From: Chrysomallon squamiferum
Lineage: Eukaryota; Animalia; Mollusca
Direction of reading: 5' to 3'
Length of the DNA stretch: 64,000 nt
Assembly: GCA_012295275.1 (NCBI GenBank)
Contig: CM022673.1
Location: forward strand, 3,286,001-3,350,000
Part shown: piece by piece, positions 54,711 through 64,000 of the stretch
How the letters are laid out: every line of letters begins with the position of its first letter
How positions within the stretch are numbered: position 1 is the stretch's first letter
Notes under the pieces: generated by a model
Database searches by the model: none
Told to the model about the DNA's origin: nothing
What the model saw: only the letters and a program-made list of their open reading frames with translations
Position numbers and translations under genes: made by a program

Positions 54711-55694
54711 GGTGAAGTAAAATTAATTTAAAAAGAAAAAAGCGACAAAACATTTATAATAATATTATTATAATTAAAATAATAAATAAATAAATAAATA
54801 AATAAATAAAACAAACATAAAAACGCCACCCCTTCAGATGTAACCTGCTAAAAAGAGGAAACAAAAGAAAAAGAAAAAGACAAAGATAGCTACAGTATAA
54901 CACGTAATACGTATAAATAATAAAAATATATAAAACCTTGAAATTCTTGTAAACAAAATAACAATCACGTAATTATATTATCTGCCTGGCAGAAATTGAT
55001 AAAAAAAAAAAAAAAACAGATCAACAGAAAAACGTGTTACAATCTTTTGTTAACGTGCATGTCGTTGTAAACAAAACAAAAGATACGAGGATCACCTGCT
55101 GTGTTTGTTATTGGGACACCCGTGTACACGGATTATGTGCTGTATGGCTTGTAATTATCTCTCATTTATTTGAAAAATACTTAAAAACATCGCATGCAGA
55201 GCACAATACTAATCATGTTACGAAGAATAAACAAAGTGAGGGCGTGGTATTGTGTTTATTGTTGTTGCTGTTGTTGTTGTTCTTGTTGTTCAGTTACAGC
55301 AGTAATAGTAGTTATATACTTGTTTTTCTGTTGATGTTATTGTTGCTGTTGTTTCCTTTTATTTTATCATTGTTTTCCTTGTTCTTTTTTTTATCATTTT
55401 ATTTTTCTTTCCATCTTTCATTCCTTTTTTATTCATTCCTTAGCTATTTTTTTATTATTAGTTTTTTAGTTTCTTTCATTTTTACATCCATCTTTCTTTC
55501 GTATTTCAACCTGTATTCATTCATTCATTCATTCGTCCTTCCTTTCTTCTCTCTCTCTGTACCTCGTGTGAGTCCTGCCTGCGACCACAGATGAATTCCA
55601 CGAGAGCGAGAACGAGGTAAGTGACAGAGAAGCGCTGAAGTACCCCCATTATCCTCATCTTTGTTAGATCCACGGCTAAAAAATAAAAAAAAAT

Positions 55695-55725
<31 letters not shown>

Positions 55726-57383
55726 TCAATGTGTACAGCGGATGAATAGATGTGAGGATGAATGGATGGATGTATGGACGTATGGACGTATGGATGGATG
55801 GGTAGAAAACGGTGTCAGTTTGTATGTTTGTCTGTGACTGTATCTTGGAATATGCACGCAGAAGTACACATACACAAATACACAGTAATACAGTTTCTTA
55901 TTTCCGTTACTTCCTGGAGTGTAAACAAAAACAATAACAACAACAAAACAATAATAAATAAATAAATAAATAAATAAATAAATATAAACACACAAAACAA
56001 CATTACGATGTATAAGTAGTATACGATCGATTTTTCGAACAGTACTAGTCCTGAACCTATTTTCAATCAGATACATTAAAGACCGGATGTCATTTTTATA
56101 TATATATATATATATGTATATTAAATTAATAATCTGATTTATTTAAACTGATGCAGACAACATTAATAAACGTGTACCATAATTTTATATTAATATATTT
56201 CATTTAATAATTTAATTTACATTTAATATTCGTTTAATTTCAGCGTCTAGCTCTGCATGGTTCTTTAAAGACGCTGGAAATTTGTATATGGTTCTTCAGT
56301 TGTATAATATTGAATAATTATTACTTGACCATATTATGTGACCTAATAACCCGGAAACAAGGATTTCGAAAATTCGGTCGAGTACCTGTAGTAATAATTA
56401 AATTACGTATTTAAATGCAAATGTCAAGTTTGAGATATAGACACATATATATAGCTATCACTTGCATACATACATACAAGCATATTTATATACATACAGA
56501 CACATACATACATACATATATACATACATAAATACATACATGCACAACACAAACATGTACACACAGACAAACACACACACACACACATAATAATAATAAT
56601 AATAATGCCTACCTACTGTTAAAGAAAGAAAGAAATTCCAAAAAGTTAATTACTAAACCAATTACGTTAATTTTGTTTTACGTTAAGTTATTATTTGACA
56701 GAGGTTGAAGAAGAAGAAGATGAAAAAAAAAAAAAAATACTGCGAGATTATCCCCATACAGTATCTACTTCCTGTCAGGTCTCATGGTGTAATGGTTAGC
56801 ACTTTGGACTCTGAATCCAGCGATCCGAGTTCAAGTCTCGGTGAAACTTACTCGTTTTGTTTAATATTTTGAAATGAGTAAGCGTTAATCACGTCATATT
56901 TACATTTTATTTTATTTTTTAATTTATTTTTAAAATTTATTTTTAAAATTTATTTTTAAAATTTTTTTTTTTTTTTTATTTTATTTATTTTATTTGTTTT
57001 TGTATATAGTCTCTCTGGTATGCCTTAATTTGTGTCATAAAGGCGTAGGTTCAGTATCTATTCCTAAACTTGTAAATTACTGTTCAGCACTTCATTTCGT
57101 AACAGGCAAAGACAATTGGTCTGTATTTTATTTTATTTTTTCGTTTATAATGTGATAAATAAACAGAATATATTGATATTGCCAGAACTATATCTGTTCT
57201 AGTGATAATAATGCTAATTAAATAAATAGCTTCAGTAACCGCTACCCCTTGAAAAGAATTTAAAAAAAAACAAGTAATTCTAAGTCGGGTGGTTCGTTTC
57301 GCTGAATCGGGAAATTGTTATAAGTATAGAGACGTTGTTTAACAAGTTTTATATTCCTTATATAATTATATAATAGCAATGGC

Positions 57384-57469
<86 letters not shown>

Positions 57470-60400
57470 TGATGATGATGATGATGATGGTGATAATTTA
57501 TTATTACTATTATTTTTATTACTCGTTTTTGGTAAAAGAAAATTAATTCTCCAAAGCAATAGTTTAAATTAATGAATGAATGTTCAGCAAAACTTCATTC
57601 ACTGCATTTCCTGTTAAAATTCATCGATATTGAACGTGAAATATAGTTCTAGTTTAATTAAAATTATATTTTGTGAGAGCGGGCTCTGTTCCATAAGATA
57701 TTCTCATCAGTTAATCTTTTACATACAGTTTCCTGTGACCATTATCACCCATGCGTAAAATATTTGCGTGCAGTTTTGAATCTGACTTCTACTTACGTCC
57801 CCAGCTTGTGTTGAGAAAGATTCCGAGTGCAAACAGAATACAACTTCTTTTCACGATTTTGAAGAGGATTTGACATCGAGTCAACTCATTCTTATACATA
57901 CTACGGAAGGAATAATTCATGGAGGCTCCCATTATGAATACAAACCTGCAATGAATATTTACAAATAATATATATATATATATGAAAATACAAAAATAAG
58001 CTGTAAGCTATACAGGTAATATTTAGAAAGTAAGTTATAAAAAAAAAAAAAAAAACCCATTTCCACCACAATTTTCAATCACATTTTTTTTTTTTAATCT
58101 TCTCATAATCTCACTGATGATTATATTTTCTGTTTGAAAATTTAATATGCTACTTTGTCTAATTAAAGTTGGATTCATGCAGTTGTGATGAACATGAATT
58201 ATAAATGATATCGTCTAACTTGACACCTAATGGTGGATTCACACATTGCAATTTTGATGAACACCAGTTGTAAATGATATTGTATGAACTTATGTGACAA
58301 AGGCAATTTTTTTTTTTTTTTTTAGGAGAAATTTCTATCGCAGTTTGTACTTACCACGGAAATACCAGGTCTGCCACTGTTAGTCCGTTCCAGGGCGGGT
58401 GCTCGAGAAACCAGTACCCCCACCCCGTAGTTTACAAATATCATCACAGTCAGACACAGTCTGTGGAGAGGAAAATCCAAATTAAAATAAAATATACACG
58501 GACTTCCACTCACACATACACATGCACGCCCGTATTGCTGTATGTATGTACACGTTCGTATTTCGGATGTATATGTACGTATGTATGATTGAATGTATGT
58601 ATGCATGTCTGTATTTATGTATTGTGTGTGTATGCATGTATTATGCATGCATGTTCATATGTATATATATATGTTATATCTAAGTATGTATTGTGTGCTT
58701 ATATTTTATTATTATTATTATTATTTTATTTTTTTTATTTTTATTTTTTATCCCAGCCTGATATTAATTACGATTTTACAAATGTTACGTACCAAAGTAT
58801 TAACCAAAGTTCAAGCTAGTTAACTTTGGGGAATGTTTATTAATATACTCATATCGTCAAACAGTACTTCAATGAACCCTAGGAAAAAAAAATGTCTTTA
58901 ACATCATCTATCTCAAATTAGCTAGGTCAGACTGCACGTTTTATGTAACAGCAGAGTCAGACTGCACATTTTATATAACAGCAGAGTCAGACTGCACGTT
59001 TTATATAACAGCAGAGTCAAACTGCACATTTTATATAATAGCAGAGTCAAACTGCACGTTTTATATAACAGCAGAGTCAGACTGCACATTTTATATAACA
59101 GCAGAGTCAAACTGTACATTTTATGTAACAGCAGAGTCAGACTGCACATTTTATATAACAGCAGAGTCAGACTGCACATTTTATATAACAGCAGAGTCAG
59201 ACTGCACATTTTATATAACAGCAGAGTCAGACTGCACATTTTATATAACAGCAGAGTCAGACTGCACATTTTATATAACAGCAGAGTCAGACTGCACATT
59301 TTATATAACAGCAGAGTCAGACTGCACATTTTATATAACAGCAGAGTCAGACTGCACATTTTATATAACAGCAGAGTCAGACTGCACGTTTTATATAACA
59401 GCAGAGTCAGACTGCACATTTTATATTCAGACTGCACATTTTATATAACAGCAGAGTCAGACTGCACATTTTATATAACAGCAGAGTCAGACTGCACGTT
59501 TTATATAAAAGCAGAGTCAGACTGCACATTTTATATAACAGCAGAGTCAGACTGCACGTTTTATATAAAAACAGTGCTAACGAAGCAGGTTATATAAACA
59601 CACGCTGAGACGAGACAGAAGCACATGACGGACACACAGCTAATACACAAAGGTACAGAACCCTCTGAAGGCGTCCAGAGACCGCAGTCTTTTCTTCTGA
59701 GTCGGTTCAGTTCCTTTCTCCCGCTGGTGAGAAGGTGGTCCCCCGTTTTCCACCTCGCTCTCAGTTTTGTCGTTGGCAGCATTCTGTTGTTGAGAGAAAA
59801 CGAAACTGTTTAGCAAACAGGTTTACCTAAAAATGTTTTAAATGCTGTATTGTGTATGTGTGTATCTGAAGAATAAAAAGTATTAAAAAGAAACTCTTTT
59901 GTGGCTAAAATGTATCATTGTTATTATAATCATTTATTGTTATTTTTTTATTATTATTATCGTTATGATTGTTATTATTATTGTTTTTGTTGCTACTGAT
60001 GTTTTTCTTTTTCTCTTTATTTTAATATTTCTAGACTTACCTGGCCGTTGCTAGTGACGACGATGTCTGACATTTCAGTAGGATCAGAAATATTTGCACT
60101 GTGAGAAAGACACCGACCTGCTTTGATCTTCCTGTAACCGTAAATATTCACATCACAGTAAATCTGGTCAGAACATTTAGATACAGAGCCCAGATAGCAT
60201 ATTATTATATTACAATACTAAATTACCACATAATCACAGCAGCCATTACTATAAATATTCACATAATAATAATAATAATAATAATATACCTTTACAAACA
60301 GTAAATACATAACAGTATTGTATACATACACAAAAATAAATCGAAATGCATAATAACATTGTATATCTAGACAAAACTAACAGTAAATATAACAATGTTG

Positions 60401-61336
60401 TATATGTACAGAAAACTAACAATTAATATATAACAATATCATAAACCTTCACAGACATAACAGTCTCATGTATCTTCCCACTCTTAAAAGTTAATATGTA
60501 GTAATATTGTATTACCTATATAAAACAAACAGTAAATACATAACAGTACTATATACCTATAGAAAATTAACACTAAATATAAAACAATATTGTATACCGT
60601 AACAAAAAAGATAAAACGTAAGAAACTATTACGTAATATTTTCTTACGTTTCAGAAATAATACTTAAGTTAATAATTAATAATTTATCATATTTTTTATT
60701 AGTATTAGTTTTACCTTAAGTCTGATGAGATTACTTACCTGTACGCCATCTGAAGTAACACCCAGAGAGCTGCCACGCCCAGCAGTCCCAGTATTGTAAA
60801 GAGTATGGCTTTAAAAAAAAAATACGATTGATAATTTTACTTCCAATAAAACCAGAAATAATTTTTAAATAGGAACAATAAAAATGTTTTTAAATCATGG
60901 TATTATTTATTAAAAAAAAAAAAAGAAAGGTTAAATTCTGAAATGCAGATAAAATTGTAAGAATAAACAGAGAAGAAAAAAATAATATTAATAAAAAAAT
61001 AAATAAATAAAAGGGTATAATAAATATTAGGTTCCATGGAGACTTGAACTCGGATCGCTGGATTCAGAGTCCAAAGTGCTAACCATTGCACCATGGTTGC
61101 ATTATTCTGTTCTGGTAGTCTCGTGTTTTCAGCTAAGGAATATTTGAGAAGTACTATTTTAAGAATACCACTAATAGCACTATTAGTAAAATACAGGATA
61201 TGATACCTATTCTTAGATTAGTAATAACGAAATATGTGTAACACTTTCCCTGAACTCTCTGGAAAATAATAAGGATATTGTTATTGCACCAGTGTTTACT
61301 TTGTAGACTTTATTAATATTAATATTAATATTATCA

Positions 61337-61390
<54 letters not shown>

Positions 61391-61668
61391 TCAGTCTTTG
61401 GAAAACTGAAATAATCAAAACAGACACTTGTTTGCTTTCTGTGTTTTTCTAAATGCAGCATTTGAATAGATCGGCACAGACTCGTATTTTATCTTCAAGT
61501 TCAAAGAGCGCCTGTAGGTATTTCAACAGGCAACTTACATGACATAAATTCGCCCATCCACACGCAGACATATTCACACATATACACACACAGAGAAACA
61601 TACACAACAATAATGATAATGATTATATGATGGTAATAATAATATTAACAATAATGATAATGATGTGG

Positions 61669-61701
<33 letters not shown>

Positions 61702-61969
61702 TTCAAACTGAATTAAACAGAAAAGAAACCAAGAATTTCAACATTTAGGTCTCACCGAGACTTGAACTCGGATCGCTGGATTCAGAGTCCAAAGTGCTAA
61801 CCATTACACCATGAGACCGACGGAAACAACGTGTTTTATGTCCAAGTATTACCTACTTTTTTGTTTCAACCTCTGTCAAATAGTAACTTAACGTAATTAG
61901 TTTAGTGATTAACATTTTTGAATATTATTTTTTCTTTACACAGTCGGCAGGCATCATCATCATCATCAC

Positions 61970-62015
<46 letters not shown>

Positions 62016-63312
62016 GTTGTTGTTGTTGTTGTTATTATTATTATTATTATATGTATGTGTGTATGTGTATATGTCTGTTGTATTTGTGAGTATGTACATA
62101 TGTATGTTTGTATGTTTTTCTAGTTGTGTGTATGTATATAAATATGTATATATGTAATGCATGTTTGTGTGCATGCATGCATGTAATAGTTATTTATATA
62201 TGTATATAACATATATATGTCAATATCTCGAAACTTAAAACGTCATAAACAATTAATTCGATCCAACATAAATCACTATGGAAACAGAAACACAAAGAGA
62301 AACCCTGGGAAGTCTGAAGGTTCACTTACGCAGTTCTGCCGGCATTGGATTATTTGCCACAAGAAGACTGCAAGCTGTTCCGTCTATGTAAGAACTGTAG
62401 TCCACGAACAACCAGTAGTCTCCAGCTTCTTTGAAGTGATACGTGAAGCTGTTGGTTGGAAACAAAACCAAAATAAAGAAAAGGAAAAACAATTTAGCGA
62501 AACGTTTCAGTTTATATAGTTTTATAAGAAAGAAGTCAACGATAATTTTAATTTAATTATTTTTGAATCTCTCGTTGTCTGTTAAGAAATAAAAATAAAA
62601 GAAAATTTCTTGCTTCAGGCAGTGATTATTCCATGTTGATCGCCACATAAAAGTAGGATGATTTGAATTTCACCATCTGAGATGTTGTTGAAATGTGATA
62701 TTTAGGGGTTTTAATCATAATCTAAAACGGTGGAGTTGAAACTCTTTGGGTGATTTGACATGGAATTTCACTGTAGTATTAGTGATTTCCCTGTAGTAAA
62801 TAACACAAACCAAATTATAACGTATACAAAGAGACTATATGGGCAATAATAGGCTTCTATATCATAAAGCCATGCATTATAAATAACTGAAAATAATACT
62901 ATTCCCTATGGATAAAACGTAGAAAAAGAGTATGGATTGGCAGAAATGGTCTTCCATAACGTATGGGCTCATAGTGAAAAGACCTGGTAATAAAGTATCC
63001 TCTACGAGAAAGCGTACCAAAAAATGTGAATTTCCTTAAAACATAAATAACTTGCAGTATAAATAACTGATACGATTGTCCTCAATTAGAAAACGAAGCA
63101 AAAAGAGTGTGAAGTGGCATAAATGGGCCCGGGTAGCGCAGAGGCACACTGTAGAGCGGTCTGAAGACAGCGAGGCAGTGCTACCTGCAGATGTCCTCCA
63201 GATTCTGAGTCGGCAGCATTCTGGCGAGCAGTACTCGAGTAGGATGCGTCGTGTTGACGAGTACAGTAGTCGTGTTTGCTTCCCGAAACGAGTGGACTAG
63301 CCACAGGTTGCA
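50248..63312 (-). CDS. HGSNAT: Heparan-alpha-glucosaminide N-acetyltransferase; 15 exons visible, 5' exons beyond the window end; apparent frameshift at 58417-58426
   Basis: Exons in transcript order: 63312-63185, 62448-62330, 60808-60739, 60131-60041, 59783-59662, 58460-58355, 57945-57797, 55675-55563, 54601-54480, 53954-53828, 53377-53291, 52832-52758, 52208-52138, 51620-51508, 50423-50248. All are AG/GT with compatible phases except the 106-nt exon. Diagnostic motifs: [104 protein letters not shown]. Confidence 0.95.
51508..51620 (-). CDS. HGSNAT: HGSNAT exon (SVSFVLTT...[10 protein letters not shown])
   Basis: Conserved motif, 113 nt. Confidence 0.93.
52138..52208 (-). CDS. HGSNAT: HGSNAT exon (GWVPLNKNL)
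   Basis: Conserved PxNKNLW motif, 71 nt. Confidence 0.93.
52758..52832 (-). CDS. HGSNAT: HGSNAT exon ([25 protein letters not shown])
   Basis: AG/GTAAGT boundaries, 75 nt. Confidence 0.9.
53291..53377 (-). CDS. HGSNAT: HGSNAT exon (YDPEGILG)
   Basis: Conserved DPEG motif, 87 nt. Confidence 0.93.
53828..53954 (-). CDS. HGSNAT: HGSNAT exon (GYTGPGG...[11 protein letters not shown]...HLYQ)
   Basis: Conserved motifs, 127 nt. Confidence 0.93.
54480..54601 (-). CDS. HGSNAT: HGSNAT exon (...LPVPGCP)
   Basis: Conserved VPGCPT motif, 122 nt. Confidence 0.92.
55563..55675 (-). CDS. HGSNAT: HGSNAT exon ([10 protein letters not shown])
   Basis: Conserved RIxGVLQR motif. Confidence 0.92.
56778..56849 (+). 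tRNA. tRNA-Gln(CTG), slightly degenerate acceptor stem, antisense within an HGSNAT intron
   Basis: Identical to the 61747 copy except the 3' end GGTGAAACTT (one C-A mismatch and a G-U at the first pair). Confidence 0.8.
57797..57945 (-). CDS. HGSNAT: HGSNAT exon (FVFIMGASM...[13 protein letters not shown])
   Basis: AG/GTAAGT boundaries, 149 nt. Confidence 0.92.
58355..58460 (-). CDS. HGSNAT: HGSNAT catalytic exon (MIFVNY[G-run][20 protein letters not shown]), frameshifted as given
   Basis: The motif reads in two different frames on either side of GGGGTGGGGG. Confidence 0.9.
58926..59570. repeat. 30-bp minisatellite (GCAGAGTCAGACTGCACATTTTATATAACA), about 21 copies, in an HGSNAT intron
   Basis: Head-to-tail, near-identical units with one truncated unit near 59427. 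Explains the spurious ORF 58922..59437. Confidence 0.97.
59662..59783 (-). CDS. HGSNAT: HGSNAT exon (...[12 protein letters not shown])
   Basis: Conserved RLxSxDxFRG motif; weak GTTCTG donor. Confidence 0.9.
60041..60131 (-). CDS. HGSNAT: HGSNAT exon (cytosolic linker)
   Basis: AG/GTAAGT boundaries, 91 nt, phases fit both neighbours; low sequence conservation. Confidence 0.7.
60290..60600. repeat. Degenerate ~40-bp tandem repeat (aacagtaaatacataacagtattgtata...)
   Basis: Recurring aaactaacagtaaata / taacaatattgtata units. Confidence 0.65.
60739..60808 (-). CDS. HGSNAT: HGSNAT exon (first TM helix, [22 protein letters not shown])
   Basis: AG/GTAAGT boundaries, 70 nt, hydrophobic. Confidence 0.85.
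61029..61100 (-). pseudogene. tRNA-Gln(CTG) pseudogene or degenerate copy
   Basis: GCAACCATGGTGCAATGG...GTTCAAGTCTCCATGGAACCT: anticodon arm intact, but 3 acceptor-stem and 2 T-stem mismatches. Confidence 0.8.
61747..61818 (-). tRNA. tRNA-Gln(CTG), intact, inside an HGSNAT intron
   Basis: GGTCTCATGGTGTAATGGTTAGCACTTTGGACTCTGAATCCAGCGATCCGAGTTCAAGTCTCGGTGAGACCT: 72 nt, perfect acceptor stem, anticodon loop CTCTGAA, A and B boxes, downstream T-run. Confidence 0.95.
62330..62448 (-). CDS. HGSNAT: HGSNAT exon ([15 protein letters not shown]...[15 protein letters not shown])
   Basis: AG/GTAAGT boundaries, 119 nt, open frame. Confidence 0.85.
63185..63312 (-). CDS. HGSNAT: HGSNAT exon (luminal domain, CNLWLVHSF...EDIC)
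   Basis: AG/GT boundaries; phase fits the next exon; resembles the HGSNAT luminal N-terminal segment. Confidence 0.75.
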
Positions 63313-64000
63313 CTGAAATAAATAAGTAAATAAATAAATAAATAAATAAATAAAAAAATACAATAAAATAAAATAATAAAATAAAATCAATGAATAATAA
63401 AAAAAATATAATAAAATAAAATGAAATGAAAAAATAATGGATTACAATAAAACAAAATGAAACAAAATAGATTAATAAATGAAAGGAAATGAAATAAAAT
63501 AAAATAAATAAATAAATAAATAAATAAGTAAAACAAAACAAAATAAAATAAAATAAAAACAACTCTATGTGCAACGTATAAAATAATAAAAATATTATCC
63601 TGAAACAAACAAGGAAACAAATAATAACTACTGAACATAACAAATACAAAGTATATGGTTTGTCGATATACTAATCATAATTATATAACCATGTATGTAT
63701 TTGTTTGCATATATAAATATGTATCTCTATTTATGTATGAATATTATATATCTTTATACATGTCTCAGTATCTACTAGCATATATATTCATATATGTGTA
63801 TATAGTATTTGTTCATATATGTTTACTATGTGTACATATAGGGCTGCTCATACATGTTTGATCGATTGTTTCTTTATGTTTGGGCGTTTCGGCGCGTGTG
63901 TGTATGTTTACAGCAGTGTTACTGTTTATAATCACGTGTGCAATCAGAGCAAACCTGATTTCATATCAGTCATTTGGTTTAGAAAACACCAAGCTGTATT

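Noticed and set aside
58922-59570. CRISPR-like array or 171-aa repeat protein
   Set aside because: Units are head-to-tail with no unique spacers and lie in a eukaryotic intron; this is a minisatellite.
56778-61818. tRNA-Gln copies as amber suppressors for the TAG at 4467
   Set aside because: All legible anticodons are CTG, none CTA. tRNA-Gln(CUG) can misread UAG, but it acts in trans, so proximity is not evidence.
63076-63300. Plus-strand 74-aa ORF and minus-strand 63086..63649 ORF
   Set aside because: Shadow frames of the HGSNAT exon 63185-63312 plus low-complexity intron sequence.

Overview
AT-rich, microsatellite-dense animal genomic DNA. It is most likely a mollusc, probably a coleoid/octopod cephalopod; this is inferred from a cerebrin-type PDF gene, tRNA-Arg-headed SINEs and the repeat landscape. 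Nearly all ORF-track entries are simple-repeat noise. Splicing by hand gives four protein-coding genes. (1) A single-coding-exon secreted precursor (+, 4107-4790) with seven KR-delimited 'xFG...QxWxxWxx' peptide repeats that I cannot assign to a known family; it is interrupted mid-repeat by one in-frame TAG (4467-4469) and the frame stays open for 106 more codons. (2) A cerebrin/PDF-type neuropeptide precursor (+, 28105-28876; NGGTLDSLYILPDLTDK-amide). (3) A bursicon-alpha-like 11-Cys cystine-knot hormone (-, 45749-34908, 3 exons) with a long dibasic-rich pro-region. (4) HGSNAT (-, 15 exons visible, 63312-50248; 5' end beyond the window) with an apparent frameshift in a G-run. Three unrelated neuropeptide/hormone genes therefore sit consecutively within about 42 kb. 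Also present: four tRNA-Gln(CTG) copies nested in introns (one intact, three degenerate to varying degrees), tRNA-Arg-derived SINEs, a 1.2-1.7 kb inverted duplication, a 30-bp minisatellite and candidate promoter/enhancer islands.
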